Positions 22,565 through 32,037 of a stretch of DNA of 64,000 bases are shown here, one piece after another. Source of the stretch: a phage; sequence record PZ445536.1. One strand, written 5' to 3'. The notes beneath the pieces were generated by a model. The model was not told where the DNA came from. It searched no databases and worked only from the letters and a program-made list of their open reading frames with translations. Positions within the stretch are counted from its first letter, which is position 1. Each line of letters starts with the position of its first letter. The position numbers and the translations under genes are program-made.

Positions 22565-23529
22565 TGTATTCTTTAGAGGAATTTAATAATCAAGCAATAA
22601 ACGCAGATTTCCAACGTAATAATATGTTTAGCTGCGTTTTTGCGACAACTCCATCAACTAAAAGCTCTTCGTTGATAAGTTCAATTAGCAACTTTTCTTA
22701 TAATAACTTGGGTCTAAATTCAGATTGGTTAGGATTGACTCAAGGCGATATTAATCAGGGAATTACCACGCTAATTACTGCTGGCACACAAAAACTGATA
22801 AGAAAATCAGGGGTTAGTAAATATCTTATTGGTGCCATGAGTCAACGCACAGTTCAAAGTTTATTGGGCTCATTTACAGTTGGTACATATTTAATTGACT
22901 TCTTTAACATGGCATATAACTCATCTGGATTGATGATATATTCCGTAAAAATGCCAGAGAATAGATTATCCTATGAAACTGACTGGAACTATAATTCTCC
23001 TAATATTCGTATAACTGGGAGAGAATTAGACCCTTTGGTTATTTCATTTAGAATGGATTCAGAAGCTTGTAACTATCGTGCAATGCAAGACTGGGTTAAC
23101 TCTGTTCAGGACCCAGTAACTGGATTACGTGCTTTGCCACAAGATGTCGAGGCAGATATTCAGGTTAATCTTCATTCTCGTAATGGATTGCCTCATACTG
23201 CGGTGATGTTCACCGGATGCATTCCAATATCAGTGAGCGCTCCTGAGTTATCATATGATGGAGATAACCAAATAACTACATTTGATGTTACTTTTGCGTA
23301 CAGAGTGATGCAGGCTGGAGCGGTTGATAGGCAAGCTGCGCTTGAATGGCTTGAATCTGCTGCTATAAATGGTATTCAAAGCGTTCTCGGAAATAGTGGA
23401 GGTGTTACTGGACTATCTAATTCGCTTTCACGACTTAGTAGATTAGGAGGGACTGCTGGAAGCATTTCAAACATTAATACTATGACAGGAATTGTTAATT
23501 CGCAGAGTAAAATATTAGGAGCAATATAA
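22564..23529 (+). CDS. 54: baseplate tail tube initiator gp54-like, 321 aa
   Basis: 321 aa; TAATG overlap with gene 48; sequence related to gp48 and the tube protein. Confidence 0.88.
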   Translation: MYSLEEFNNQAINADFQRNNMFSCVFATTPSTKSSSLISSISNFSYNNLGLNSDWLGLTQGDINQGITTLITAGTQKLIRKSGVSKYLIGAMSQRTVQSLLGSFTVGTYLIDFFNMAYNSSGLMIYSVKMPENRLSYETDWNYNSPNIRITGRELDPLVISFRMDSEACNYRAMQDWVNSVQDPVTGLRALPQDVEADIQVNLHSRNGLPHTAVMFTGCIPISVSAPELSYDGDNQITTFDVTFAYRVMQAGAVDRQAALEWLESAAINGIQSVLGNSGGVTGLSNSLSRLSRLGGTAGSISNINTMTGIVNSQSKILGAI

Positions 23530-23533
23530 CAAT

Positions 23534-23560
23534 GGGGACCTTTCGGTCCCCATATTTTTA
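23534..23560. terminator. terminator between convergent gene 54 and the alt cluster
   Basis: GGGGACC-UUUC-GGUCCCC hairpin followed by AUAUUUUUA. Confidence 0.7.
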
Positions 23561-23848
23561 TTTACGGAATGAAATGAAAGCAGAAACTGAAGCAACTAAA
23601 CTGTCTTCAATATAAACTTCAATTTTTACCGGAGCTTCTGACTCAAATTTACCTGTTACTACACCCTGAAAAATACTTTCAGTCTGTTCTGGCTTTGAAA
23701 AATTTTCAGAAGGAAAAATTCCGAACTTTTTATCTGTTCCAAAAATTTTAATAAATTCATCGTAAACTGCTTCATTAAAAGCATTATCAACAGGAATAAC
23801 GCCTTCAACTACAAGTTCTTGACCTAAAAAGCGTAAAGAAGATTTCAT
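23558..23848 (-). CDS. hypothetical protein (96 aa; alt.-3-like)
   Basis: ATG at 23846..23848 with GAGGAA RBS 8 nt upstream. Confidence 0.65.
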   Translation of the reverse strand: MKSSLRFLGQELVVEGVIPVDNAFNEAVYDEFIKIFGTDKKFGIFPSENFSKPEQTESIFQGVVTGKFESEAPVKIEVYIEDSLVASVSAFISFRK

Positions 23849-23856
23849 TTTGTGTT

Positions 23857-23908
23857 CCTCATGTTATGTCAGTAAGACTACTATAACACAACACGAGGGA
23901 CTTGTAAA
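23857..23908 (-). promoter_or_regulatory. PeSL-like early promoter / stem-loop cassette upstream of the alt.-3-like ORF
   Basis: on the - strand: GTTTAC (-35), 17-nt spacer, TATAGT (-10); imperfect inverted repeat CCTCATG/CACGAGG brackets the -10 and includes the RBS; near-identical to 39084..39136. Confidence 0.55.
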
Positions 23909-25885
23909 CTACATTTTGAACTTTTTAGACATTCCGTTGATGTTAACCAAAGAAGCCAAGATTTGAGAAACTTCGTTTTCCTCTTCTTTTGATTCTTCTA
24001 CAAGGAATTGATTAAATCCAGCCATTGGACGAACTTCACCAGTTTCCATTAAATGGTCGCCATCATATACTGATTCTTCTAATTGTTCAGAAGGAGGAAC
24101 GATTGTACCTTCGATTAGATACTTGTTATAAGCAGTTTCTTTCATAAAGTACGTACTTACTTTATTAATCTTCAGTAAAATTCCACGCGGTAGAATAACT
24201 TCAGCTTCTGATGGAAATCCTGATAAATGACCTGGAACGATAACTTTGATTCGCTCAGCTCCTTTAATTACCATACCCACGCTAGTTTCAGCATCTTCAT
24301 TGGCATATGTAGAATGACTACCCATATGCATCAAATCTTCTGCATCAACAGAACCTTCTCCTTCGCCAGAAAATACTGCGCCGGAATCATCTAGAGCCAT
24401 ATAGTTTTTACCATGCTCACCGAAGATATTTGGTTTAAGCGATGTAGATACGAAGTTCTTGAAATAGAACATTTTGTTTTCAATGTTATGACGCAAAGTT
24501 TTAAAGGTAACTTCTTGTCCACGATAAAGCGTAGTTCCTGGAGGAAGAACTGAACCTTTAGCGAATGCAGAATCTAACGTCTCGATGTGCTTAATAGCTC
24601 GTTCCATATATTCTTCACGGGTAGAATCTGGTTTACCCAAAAGGAACGAGTTCATTTCAACATATGAATCTGCACAATAATCTTCAATTACATCAGATTC
24701 AGCTTGGGTTAATCCTTTTGGAGTTACTTCGGTGCTTGTGTATTCATATGCCTGAGCAGCAGATTCATTAATCAATTTATAAATGCCATTCATTACAAAT
24801 TGAATAATAGCTGTCTTTTCATCTGATGTAGCTTTAGAACCTTTAACTAAATCATTGATAATTTTCTTAATAACATCAAAGCTATTAGAAATATTAATGT
24901 CAGCAAGATCGCTTAAAATTTTATCAGTTTTATAATCAAAGAATTCTTTATTCTTTAAATATTCTTGAGAACCTTGATATGTTATATCGCTCTGCAGCTT
25001 GATAGATGGATCGCGTAAACGTGCATGGGCTAATGCAATATGATTTCGGAAGTTTTCTAGTTCATAATCATTAGATTTAAAACGAGAAGCACTTCTCATA
25101 CCACCGATAGCTCCTTTGCTGAAGTTTGAACCAATCTGGATAACGCCAGAGTTCATTGGTCCTTCTGCTTTATATACCGGAACTTTAGATTCAAACTCTT
25201 GATATTTCTTGGCAGCGAAGCTATCACCCTGAAGTGAAGCATCAACAGTAGAATATTGAGCTTGTGCTGCTAATCGACGACTAATTTTAGTTTTCTGAAT
25301 AACAGCTTGATCAGTGCGCTTATCATTTTCTAAAGCAATAGAAGCAGCAACAGCGACAGCTTTAGGAACAGCATTACCTGTTTTAACGTCTACATAAACA
25401 TCACCAACCTTTGATTCAACTTTTGTGAATAACTCAGTTGAAATAGGAGGTACACCTGGAATGTCTTCTAAATTGGCATTTTTACGGTAAACCATAATAT
25501 ATGCATACTTTTTATCATAGTCCCAGATTTCCTTTAAAAGAACATATCGACCTGCTCCTTTAGTACGTACTAAACGGTCAGCAATAACTTGTATTTGACG
25601 AGCAGCGCCATTTGTTTTACTTTTTAGTACGCGGAATAGGCATGCGTCAATTTTATACTGTTTCATTGTTTGAAGAGCAGTATCAAAAACAGCATTAATG
25701 ACGCCAATTGGATTTCCACCCAAGTTTCTAAGCTTAACTAGTGATAATTTCTCGTTGACACCTATCATTACGATATGCATCATTTTATCGCCCGGCTTAA
25801 CGTTTTTATTCGTATCACCGCCAGAGGTGTATGTACAAAAATCTAAATCCAGGAAGCACGCTTTCTTCACCGGCTTGAATAGCAA
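23909..25885 (-). CDS. Alt-like ADP-ribosyltransferase paralog, main ORF (N-terminal 50 codons lie in another frame); possibly frameshifted or a pseudogene
   Basis: 658-aa ORF begins at a TTG with no RBS; shares the conserved N-terminal domain and ART motifs (YRGQ, FVSTSL, EAEVILPRG) with the adjacent alt gene. Confidence 0.7.
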   Translation of the reverse strand: MLFKPVKKACFLDLDFCTYTSGGDTNKNVKPGDKMMHIVMIGVNEKLSLVKLRNLGGNPIGVINAVFDTALQTMKQYKIDACLFRVLKSKTNGAARQIQVIADRLVRTKGAGRYVLLKEIWDYDKKYAYIMVYRKNANLEDIPGVPPISTELFTKVESKVGDVYVDVKTGNAVPKAVAVAASIALENDKRTDQAVIQKTKISRRLAAQAQYSTVDASLQGDSFAAKKYQEFESKVPVYKAEGPMNSGVIQIGSNFSKGAIGGMRSASRFKSNDYELENFRNHIALAHARLRDPSIKLQSDITYQGSQEYLKNKEFFDYKTDKILSDLADINISNSFDVIKKIINDLVKGSKATSDEKTAIIQFVMNGIYKLINESAAQAYEYTSTEVTPKGLTQAESDVIEDYCADSYVEMNSFLLGKPDSTREEYMERAIKHIETLDSAFAKGSVLPPGTTLYRGQEVTFKTLRHNIENKMFYFKNFVSTSLKPNIFGEHGKNYMALDDSGAVFSGEGEGSVDAEDLMHMGSHSTYANEDAETSVGMVIKGAERIKVIVPGHLSGFPSEAEVILPRGILLKINKVSTYFMKETAYNKYLIEGTIVPPSEQLEESVYDGDHLMETGEVRPMAGFNQFLVEESKEEENEVSQILASLVNINGMSKKFKM

Positions 25886-25967
25886 AAATTTGTGGTATTT
25901 TATGCTTAGGATTTAAGTTAACAACCGGCGCCGAAGCGCCGTCAAATAATTCTGTAATAAGTTCCAT
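25815..25967 (-). CDS. N-terminal fragment ORF of the Alt-like paralog (50 codons, alt.-1-like)
   Basis: ATG with AGGA RBS; hand translation MELITELFDGASAPVVNLNPKHKIPQIFAIQAGEESVLPGFRFLYIHLWR*, collinear with the Alt N-terminus up to PGFRF, then out of frame. Confidence 0.6.
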   Translation of the reverse strand: MELITELFDGASAPVVNLNPKHKIPQIFAIQAGEESVLPGFRFLYIHLWR

Positions 25968-25970
25968 GAT

Positions 25971-28061
25971 TTATCCTTGAACGAACTTGTAAGGCATGTT
26001 TGCAATATCTATGCAAGACACAATAATTCCAAGAGATGATTCTACTTTCTGTTTAACATTTGATGAAACAAATGATGCAAAGTCAACTCTATCTTCTATA
26101 TCACCTGTCATTGCAACTACTTCGCCGGTTTCCATTAAACGGTCTCCGTCATAGATTACCGATTCGGTGAGTTCTTCGGTGGTCATAACTTCAGCTTGAA
26201 TGAGTTTTGTATTATTAGACGTGGTTCCGTCATTATTAGAAGCATCAGTTATTTTATTAACTTTGACCATCAATCCACGCGGTAGAATAACTTCAGCTTC
26301 TGTTGCTATTCCTAGACTTCCTGGATATACAACATTAACTTTATGAGCTCCATCAATTGCCCATCCTATTTGAACTTTAACGTATTCAGGATTTTCTTTA
26401 TACGCTCTTATTTCGTTTGGATTAATAGTTATTCCTTCTTCATTTTTATCAACTGTCAATTCATTACGAGCTTCTGGTTCTAAAAGACCAATACCAGCAT
26501 GTGTAATTCCAAAACGCCCAAAAATGATAGGAGTTAAAGAAGTAGATACAAAATTTCTGAAATAGAACACTTTATTTTTAACTAGTGCTTCGTATATAGG
26601 AGCAGTCATACTTTGTGCACGATAAACTGTAATGCCTTCCGGTATACGGTCACCATTTTCAAAAGCTGAATCTAAGTTATTTATAGCAGATTCAATTTCT
26701 TTTTCACTCATTACATCATATCGTTCTGGATTGTAGCGTCCTAAAAGAAGATTATTGATGTCAGTATATCCTGAACCACAATACTCTCTAATGCCGCGCT
26801 TTTGTGATGGAGTATATTTAGAACCATCACGGGCAATAGTAATATCAATCATTGGACCTGCACCAATTCCAGAAAAGCTATAAATCATTCGTTTGAGGAA
26901 TTTAGTTTTTGCTGCGTTCCAGGAATTTTTAGTTATTTCTTCCCAGACTTCATCTGGCTGTCCTTTACGGGTTTTATTATGTTTATCAAGCCAAGTATCT
27001 TTATATTCTTCAAAGAATTTATTAATAGCTGCTGCATACTTCTCTAAACATTTTATTGAAGTAGTTGGTTCATTTTTGATCGCATTAAGAATTACATCTT
27101 TAATTTTTTCAGAAACTTCATTAACCTCACTTTTTGAAAAGAATTTATAATCATAGTGAAGTTCATCTGCAGTTCCTTCGGCAATAATTTTTGCTGCCTT
27201 AGTTTTAGAAGCCAATGAATTAATTCCAAGTTTCATTTCTTCTGCTTCGGGAATTAAAGGAGCGGTAGCAGGTTTATTGAAATTAGCTGCGGTAGATTCA
27301 TACTTCTGGAATAATTCACTTTCAAATCTAGAAGATTCCAATGATTGACTTTGCGCAATTGCTCTACGGGAAATTTTAACTTTAACGATTACAGCTTGGT
27401 CAGAACGTTTATCATTTTCTTGTGCAATAGATGCTGCAATTGCCTCATTTTTAGTTACTTGAGCTCCAGTATCTTTATTGATATAAACATCGCCGACTTT
27501 CGATTCAACTTTAGTAAAGAGCTCGGTACTAATTTCCGGAACTCCTGGAATGTCTTCTAGTGATACATTTTTGCGATGTATAAGAATATATGCATACTTT
27601 TTATCATAATCCCAGAGTTCCTTAAGAAGGACGTATCTGCCACCTGAACGACTACGGATAAGTCTATCAGCAATAACTTGAATTTGTCGAGCTTGACCAG
27701 CGGTTTTAGACTTAAGAATACGAAGCATACAAGCATCAATTTTATACTGACGCATTGTTTGCATTGCAACAGTAAAAACTGAATTGATATAATTAATTGG
27801 GCTTGGACCAAGACCTTTTAATTTAGCAATTGAACCTTTAGCAGTTAATGTAAAAGGAACAATATGCATCATTTTATCGCCCATCTTTAAATCGCGATTA
27901 GTATCACCTCCAGATGTATAGGTGCATAAACGAAAGCCTGGTTGTTCAATTGCATCATCAACACGAACTGAAAAAATTTGTGGTATTTTCTTCTTTGGAT
28001 TTAAGTTTGTAATCGGAAGAGTAGTATCTTCGTCAAATAATTCTGTAATAAGTTCCATCAT
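25971..28061 (-). CDS. alt: Alt, capsid-packaged RNA polymerase ADP-ribosyltransferase
   Basis: N-terminus (M)MELITELFDEDTTLPITNL; ART triad R (VYRAQ), S-T-S (FVSTSL), E-x-E (EAEVILPRG); true start may be the second Met. Confidence 0.88.
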   Translation of the reverse strand: MMELITELFDEDTTLPITNLNPKKKIPQIFSVRVDDAIEQPGFRLCTYTSGGDTNRDLKMGDKMMHIVPFTLTAKGSIAKLKGLGPSPINYINSVFTVAMQTMRQYKIDACMLRILKSKTAGQARQIQVIADRLIRSRSGGRYVLLKELWDYDKKYAYILIHRKNVSLEDIPGVPEISTELFTKVESKVGDVYINKDTGAQVTKNEAIAASIAQENDKRSDQAVIVKVKISRRAIAQSQSLESSRFESELFQKYESTAANFNKPATAPLIPEAEEMKLGINSLASKTKAAKIIAEGTADELHYDYKFFSKSEVNEVSEKIKDVILNAIKNEPTTSIKCLEKYAAAINKFFEEYKDTWLDKHNKTRKGQPDEVWEEITKNSWNAAKTKFLKRMIYSFSGIGAGPMIDITIARDGSKYTPSQKRGIREYCGSGYTDINNLLLGRYNPERYDVMSEKEIESAINNLDSAFENGDRIPEGITVYRAQSMTAPIYEALVKNKVFYFRNFVSTSLTPIIFGRFGITHAGIGLLEPEARNELTVDKNEEGITINPNEIRAYKENPEYVKVQIGWAIDGAHKVNVVYPGSLGIATEAEVILPRGLMVKVNKITDASNNDGTTSNNTKLIQAEVMTTEELTESVIYDGDRLMETGEVVAMTGDIEDRVDFASFVSSNVKQKVESSLGIIVSCIDIANMPYKFVQG

Positions 28062-28081
28062 AGCCTCTCTAGTGTTTATTC

Positions 28082-28089
28082 TATTTATA
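28082..28089 (-). promoter_or_regulatory. late promoter TATAAATA (minus strand) upstream of alt
   Basis: + strand TATTTATA, i.e. TATAAATA on the - strand, about 20 nt upstream of the alt ATG with GAGAGG RBS in between. Confidence 0.6.
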
Positions 28090-28094
28090 AAATT

Positions 28095-28112
28095 AAAGGC
28101 CCGAAGGCCTTT
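28095..28112 (-). terminator. hairpin AAAGGCC-CGAA-GGCCUUU between the 62-aa ORF and alt
   Basis: 7-bp stem with 4-nt loop. Confidence 0.5.
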
Positions 28113-28299
28113 AATAATCTAGTGGTAAGAGAGTACGATATATTTCAAACTTTGGTCCTTTTTCATAGGCATCAAATGTTTCTGTAAATTTATTATAAGC
28201 GTATGCATCTACAAATTCGAGAATGACTTGTGATACAGAAGTAGAAACATCTCCACCTTCTTTTTGAGCAATGACAATTGTTTCTAAGTAAGCTTTCAT
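28111..28299 (-). CDS. hypothetical protein (62 aa)
   Basis: ATGA start/stop overlap with the ligase gene. Confidence 0.6.
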   Translation of the reverse strand: MKAYLETIVIAQKEGGDVSTSVSQVILEFVDAYAYNKFTETFDAYEKGPKFEIYRTLLPLDY

Positions 28300-29759
28300 A
28301 GACCAGTTACCTCATGAAAATCACCAAATACATCCTCGAATGTATTAGCTTTAGTTTTATCTTCACGTAAACGAATCGCAATCGGAAGAAATAATTTAAC
28401 GTAATCAGTGCGGCCATCAGATTTTAACCAACCGTTGCATTCGCACTCTAGAATTTTTCCAATATAATAATTTTGGTTTTCCATAATGCGAGTACGGTCA
28501 AGTTCATGCGATTTTACACCGGCTTTATCTTTTAAGCCTGAACCAGCATTTACCTTAATTTTTCCACACTCTGACTCAAGAATAAATCCACCTGCTTTAG
28601 TAGGGTCTTTACGGTGAGGATAAATTCCTACAATTTTTAAATCAACATCAATTACTTCTTTAAATTTATAAAGATTTTTTGAACGAGCATTTTCCCATAA
28701 TCCATCGATATTTTTGAGAATAATACCTTCAAGACCTTGGTCAATATATTTTTTATAAATTACCTTAGCTTCATTTAGGTTATTTACTACCTGGTTTTCA
28801 ATTAAAATTACTTTATCATAGCCTGATGTCATTTGTTCTAGTTTAGAAAAACGTACATCATATTTCAAACGAAATGCAGGAAGACCGTATATTTCTACCA
28901 ACGGAACATAATCCCAGACCTGAAACTTCATGCATTGTGCTTCTTTTTCTGAAATAGTTCCCTTTAAAGATTTATTAGCGATTCCATTAGAAGTAGTACG
29001 TGATTCAGCTACTTCAGCAAACTCTTTAGCTTTACTAATTTCAGGATAAGCATCAAAAAGAAAATCTAGGCCTTCTGGCTCCTTTTTAACTTGCTCATGG
29101 TATACCAATTCGCCATCAATTAACACACCTTCTGGATGAATCTGGCGGGCTTCAGCGGTCATTTTGATTAACTCTTCCTTAAGAAGATCTAATCCTAGAT
29201 ATTCATTACCAGCTCGTGATAAAAGACGGACATCATCTAATTCATCACCTCTAACTTCAGCAAAACACCGAGCTCCATCTGCTTTTAATTGTGCAAAGGC
29301 TGGAAATTTGATATTCTTACTAATGCCTTTTTCATCATAAGAACTTGCGAGCATTTGAGGTTGTTCAGGAATTAAACCTGGCCAAACTTTGTTTGCAATA
29401 GATACTGAAGCACCACATTCAAGGTCTCGCATCATCACTCGACGCAAAACTTCAACATCATCTTTTTTACCGTCAGTAATATAACCTACTAATTCCTCAA
29501 TTGCCGCATTTCCAGTCAATTTCCGAGTAGCTAATGTAAATTCAATGAAGTCAAGCATATCGGTAAGAGTCAACATTCCAAAACTCTGGGTAGCAATACC
29601 AGGTTTAGGCCATTTCTTGATATAATACTGCAACCCACGAGAATAAGTCAGACGATATACTCGTTTAAGCAATTCATTATCTTTATTCTTTTCAAGAATT
29701 GCTTGCTTCTGCTTAGTTGAACCAATAGATGCTATTTCGTTCAGAATTTTAAGAATCAT
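28296..29759 (-). CDS. 30: ATP-dependent DNA ligase (gp30-like), 487 aa
   Basis: 487 aa; N-terminus MILKILNEIASIGSTKQKQAILEKNKDNELLKRVY; adenylylation motif KADGAR. Confidence 0.93.
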   Translation of the reverse strand: MILKILNEIASIGSTKQKQAILEKNKDNELLKRVYRLTYSRGLQYYIKKWPKPGIATQSFGMLTLTDMLDFIEFTLATRKLTGNAAIEELVGYITDGKKDDVEVLRRVMMRDLECGASVSIANKVWPGLIPEQPQMLASSYDEKGISKNIKFPAFAQLKADGARCFAEVRGDELDDVRLLSRAGNEYLGLDLLKEELIKMTAEARQIHPEGVLIDGELVYHEQVKKEPEGLDFLFDAYPEISKAKEFAEVAESRTTSNGIANKSLKGTISEKEAQCMKFQVWDYVPLVEIYGLPAFRLKYDVRFSKLEQMTSGYDKVILIENQVVNNLNEAKVIYKKYIDQGLEGIILKNIDGLWENARSKNLYKFKEVIDVDLKIVGIYPHRKDPTKAGGFILESECGKIKVNAGSGLKDKAGVKSHELDRTRIMENQNYYIGKILECECNGWLKSDGRTDYVKLFLPIAIRLREDKTKANTFEDVFGDFHEVTGL

Positions 29760-30025
29760 TGTTCATCCTTTAGAGTTTGGTTTACAGCTCTATTATAAAT
29801 CAATTCATCATTAAGCTCAGTCAAAGACCTATGATATGTGGTTCTAACTTTATTTCCTTGCATCCAGTGCTTGACGTAAATGAAACCTTGCTCTACACAT
29901 TTTTTAAAAATTCGTTCGTCTTTTTGAGCTCGGAATTCTGGATTGCATCTAAAAAATTGATTTACGTGACCGTAATCACGTGTAGTATTACCTTCATTTT
30001 CATAAATAGTATGAACGACAAACAT
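29756..30025 (-). CDS. hypothetical protein (89 aa; 30.1-like)
   Basis: tight operon array, 4-nt overlap with gene 30. Confidence 0.65.
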   Translation of the reverse strand: MFVVHTIYENEGNTTRDYGHVNQFFRCNPEFRAQKDERIFKKCVEQGFIYVKHWMQGNKVRTTYHRSLTELNDELIYNRAVNQTLKDEQ

Positions 30026-30861
30026 TAGAATGCTCCTTGGAAAATATTATCACCACTAGTAGGTCTATTATACAAATACTCTATGCCACCGGGTTTAATA
30101 TAATTCCATGTCTGAAACGGATGTGTATAATATGGATGATATGGATTATAAGGATTAAATCCAGGAGTTCTCCAGGTAGTATTCCAACGAAAAGAATCGT
30201 TTTTAATCATCTTCTCGATTGCATCTTTTATAGCTTTTTCACGATCAAAACTTTCTTTATTTTCCTTCGGTGGAAAAAGCTTATTCTCTACATCATTCCA
30301 TGTATAAACTCGCTGTGCAGTTTTTGGAATACTGTCACGCTCTCCTCGAGCCATCCAATAAACTGGAACATTTAATATTTCACTCGCATGATCGCAGTGG
30401 TGAGCGAGATCGTCAATATAACAAATTACATTATATTTCTCTTTTGCCTTTTTGAACAACTCTTCTTTTGAAGAATCATGACCACACATCATTACTTCTG
30501 AGAAGGCACCAGGAAAAAGAGCATTCAAATTAAATTGACGATTCAGCAGAGCGTCAATAGAATCACCCAATGCTGTAACAGCTACAAAATTATAATCTTC
30601 TTTTAATTTGTTAATTACGCACAGAGCATCTTTATATGGAGACAAGTAACGAATAAAATCTGAACGATTGTATTTTTCAATTAACTTGACGCCAAGTTCT
30701 TCATCACAATTAAAGAGTTTACCTGGAGAAATAAATTTCTCATCTTGGATCATTTTTAAAATATGTTCCAACGGAAGATTATATTTCTGAGCAAAATAAG
30801 GAAGACCTGATTGCCAGCTTAAACATACTCCATCAATATCAGTTAAAATAGTAGGCTTCAT
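30025..30861 (-). CDS. HAD-superfamily phosphatase-like protein (278 aa; 30.2-like)
   Basis: N-terminal HAD motif I ILTDIDGV. Confidence 0.65.
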   Translation of the reverse strand: MKPTILTDIDGVCLSWQSGLPYFAQKYNLPLEHILKMIQDEKFISPGKLFNCDEELGVKLIEKYNRSDFIRYLSPYKDALCVINKLKEDYNFVAVTALGDSIDALLNRQFNLNALFPGAFSEVMMCGHDSSKEELFKKAKEKYNVICYIDDLAHHCDHASEILNVPVYWMARGERDSIPKTAQRVYTWNDVENKLFPPKENKESFDREKAIKDAIEKMIKNDSFRWNTTWRTPGFNPYNPYHPYYTHPFQTWNYIKPGGIEYLYNRPTSGDNIFQGAF

Positions 30862-31322
30862 AAAGAGTCTCTTAATAAGTTTAACACATCAATAAATTCA
30901 GCTTCGGTTAGTATTGTATCATCTTTTGTTAGACCACTAGCCATGCTGTGCTTCAAAACTTTTCCTTTCGAGGCTTGTAATGCATCACGAAAGCCCTTGT
31001 TTTGGATCGCTGCTTCAAAATATGCATTTGTGTATAATTCTTTCCACGCCGGGGAGTATCTTGAAAACGGAACTCCAATCCAGAAGAGGGTCCCACGGTC
31101 CTGAGCTCTAGCATAAGACCTTCCAGCTTGTTGGGCGGCAAGCCCGGATAACCCAAATATACGACGTTGTTGTTCAACATTTTTCACCTTACACCCTTGG
31201 AGGAATCCTTCAAGACCTCCAAATTGAATACCATCCATAACGAAAGGCCATTGGGCGAAATTACTTAATGCACATGATGGCCACCTAAAATTGCTTCTAA
31301 TCTCTAACTCAGACATTTTCAA
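30858..31322 (-). CDS. NADAR (YbiA-like) domain protein (154 aa; 30.3-like)
   Basis: NADAR-type signature SNFRWPSCALSNFAQWPFVMDGIQFGGLEGFLQGCKVK. Confidence 0.65.
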   Translation of the reverse strand: MKMSELEIRSNFRWPSCALSNFAQWPFVMDGIQFGGLEGFLQGCKVKNVEQQRRIFGLSGLAAQQAGRSYARAQDRGTLFWIGVPFSRYSPAWKELYTNAYFEAAIQNKGFRDALQASKGKVLKHSMASGLTKDDTILTEAEFIDVLNLLRDSL

Positions 31323-31515
31323 TGCTTATAATTTCAACATCAGCCCAATGACCATAGCAAGGAAGACGAAATTCAACTGGCCAGTTAGGGTCCTTTTCTA
31401 ATATAATAGACTTAACTTGTGGTTCTTCATGTTCATCAGTATATGGATTTTTATCTGTTACTTTATATGTGACCTTAATGTACTGAATTCCAAAAATCTT
31501 ATTAATTATATTCAT
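31309..31515 (-). CDS. hypothetical protein (68 aa)
   Basis: minus-strand ORF in 30.x array. Confidence 0.55.
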   Translation of the reverse strand: MNIINKIFGIQYIKVTYKVTDKNPYTDEHEEPQVKSIILEKDPNWPVEFRLPCYGHWADVEIISIENV

Positions 31516-31709
31516 ACTAGTTCCTTTAATCCGTAAATAGGAGATAATTCATCACCCATACGAAGGTCTTCATTTCCATCTACCCAGGAAACAATATAAG
31601 CCTCTTTTATTTGAACACCACTCCATTTAAATGGAGGTAGAACCTTAGAAATTAATCCAGGTATACCAACTCCCTTTAATTCAACAGTTTGACCTAAAAA
31701 GAATTTCAT
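31512..31709 (-). CDS. hypothetical protein (65 aa)
   Basis: minus-strand ORF in 30.x array. Confidence 0.55.
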   Translation of the reverse strand: MKFFLGQTVELKGVGIPGLISKVLPPFKWSGVQIKEAYIVSWVDGNEDLRMGDELSPIYGLKELV

Positions 31710-31996
31710 TAGAACCTCATCTGAAAACCATGCGATTTAACATTACCACCACCAATATCAGAGATATTAATTTCGCGCGCAATTGAAGGGTCAATGTCAA
31801 TTTCGCGATTGAGTTTAGTGATAGCTAAAGTATCACGCCCATTTACTGTACGGAATTCTAAAGGACAAACCACATCAACGTAATTTTTAATCGATTCACT
31901 GGTAGGCTGCAAATGAGCAGGAAGGTCTTTAGGCGCCTTTGAGAAAACAACTTCACAGAAATTTTTGCGGGTATCAAAATAAGTAGTCATAAACAT
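31709..31996 (-). CDS. hypothetical protein (95 aa)
   Basis: ATG with GAGGAAAA RBS. Confidence 0.6.
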   Translation of the reverse strand: MFMTTYFDTRKNFCEVVFSKAPKDLPAHLQPTSESIKNYVDVVCPLEFRTVNGRDTLAITKLNREIDIDPSIAREINISDIGGGNVKSHGFQMRF

Positions 31997-32013
31997 AATA
32001 TTTTCCTCAGTAA

Positions 32014-32027
32014 GGGGCCGAAGCCCC
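32014..32027 (-). other. intercistronic GC hairpin GGGGC-CGAA-GCCCC
   Basis: stable hairpin between two minus-strand ORFs with no downstream U-tract on the transcribed strand; likely an RNA stability or processing element, not a terminator. Confidence 0.5.
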
Positions 32028-32037
32028 TCATTTTATT

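Noticed and set aside
25698-28122. Plus-strand and alternative-frame ORFs within the two alt genes
   Set aside because: Overlap the ART-domain genes; no RBS; hydrophobic low-complexity translations.
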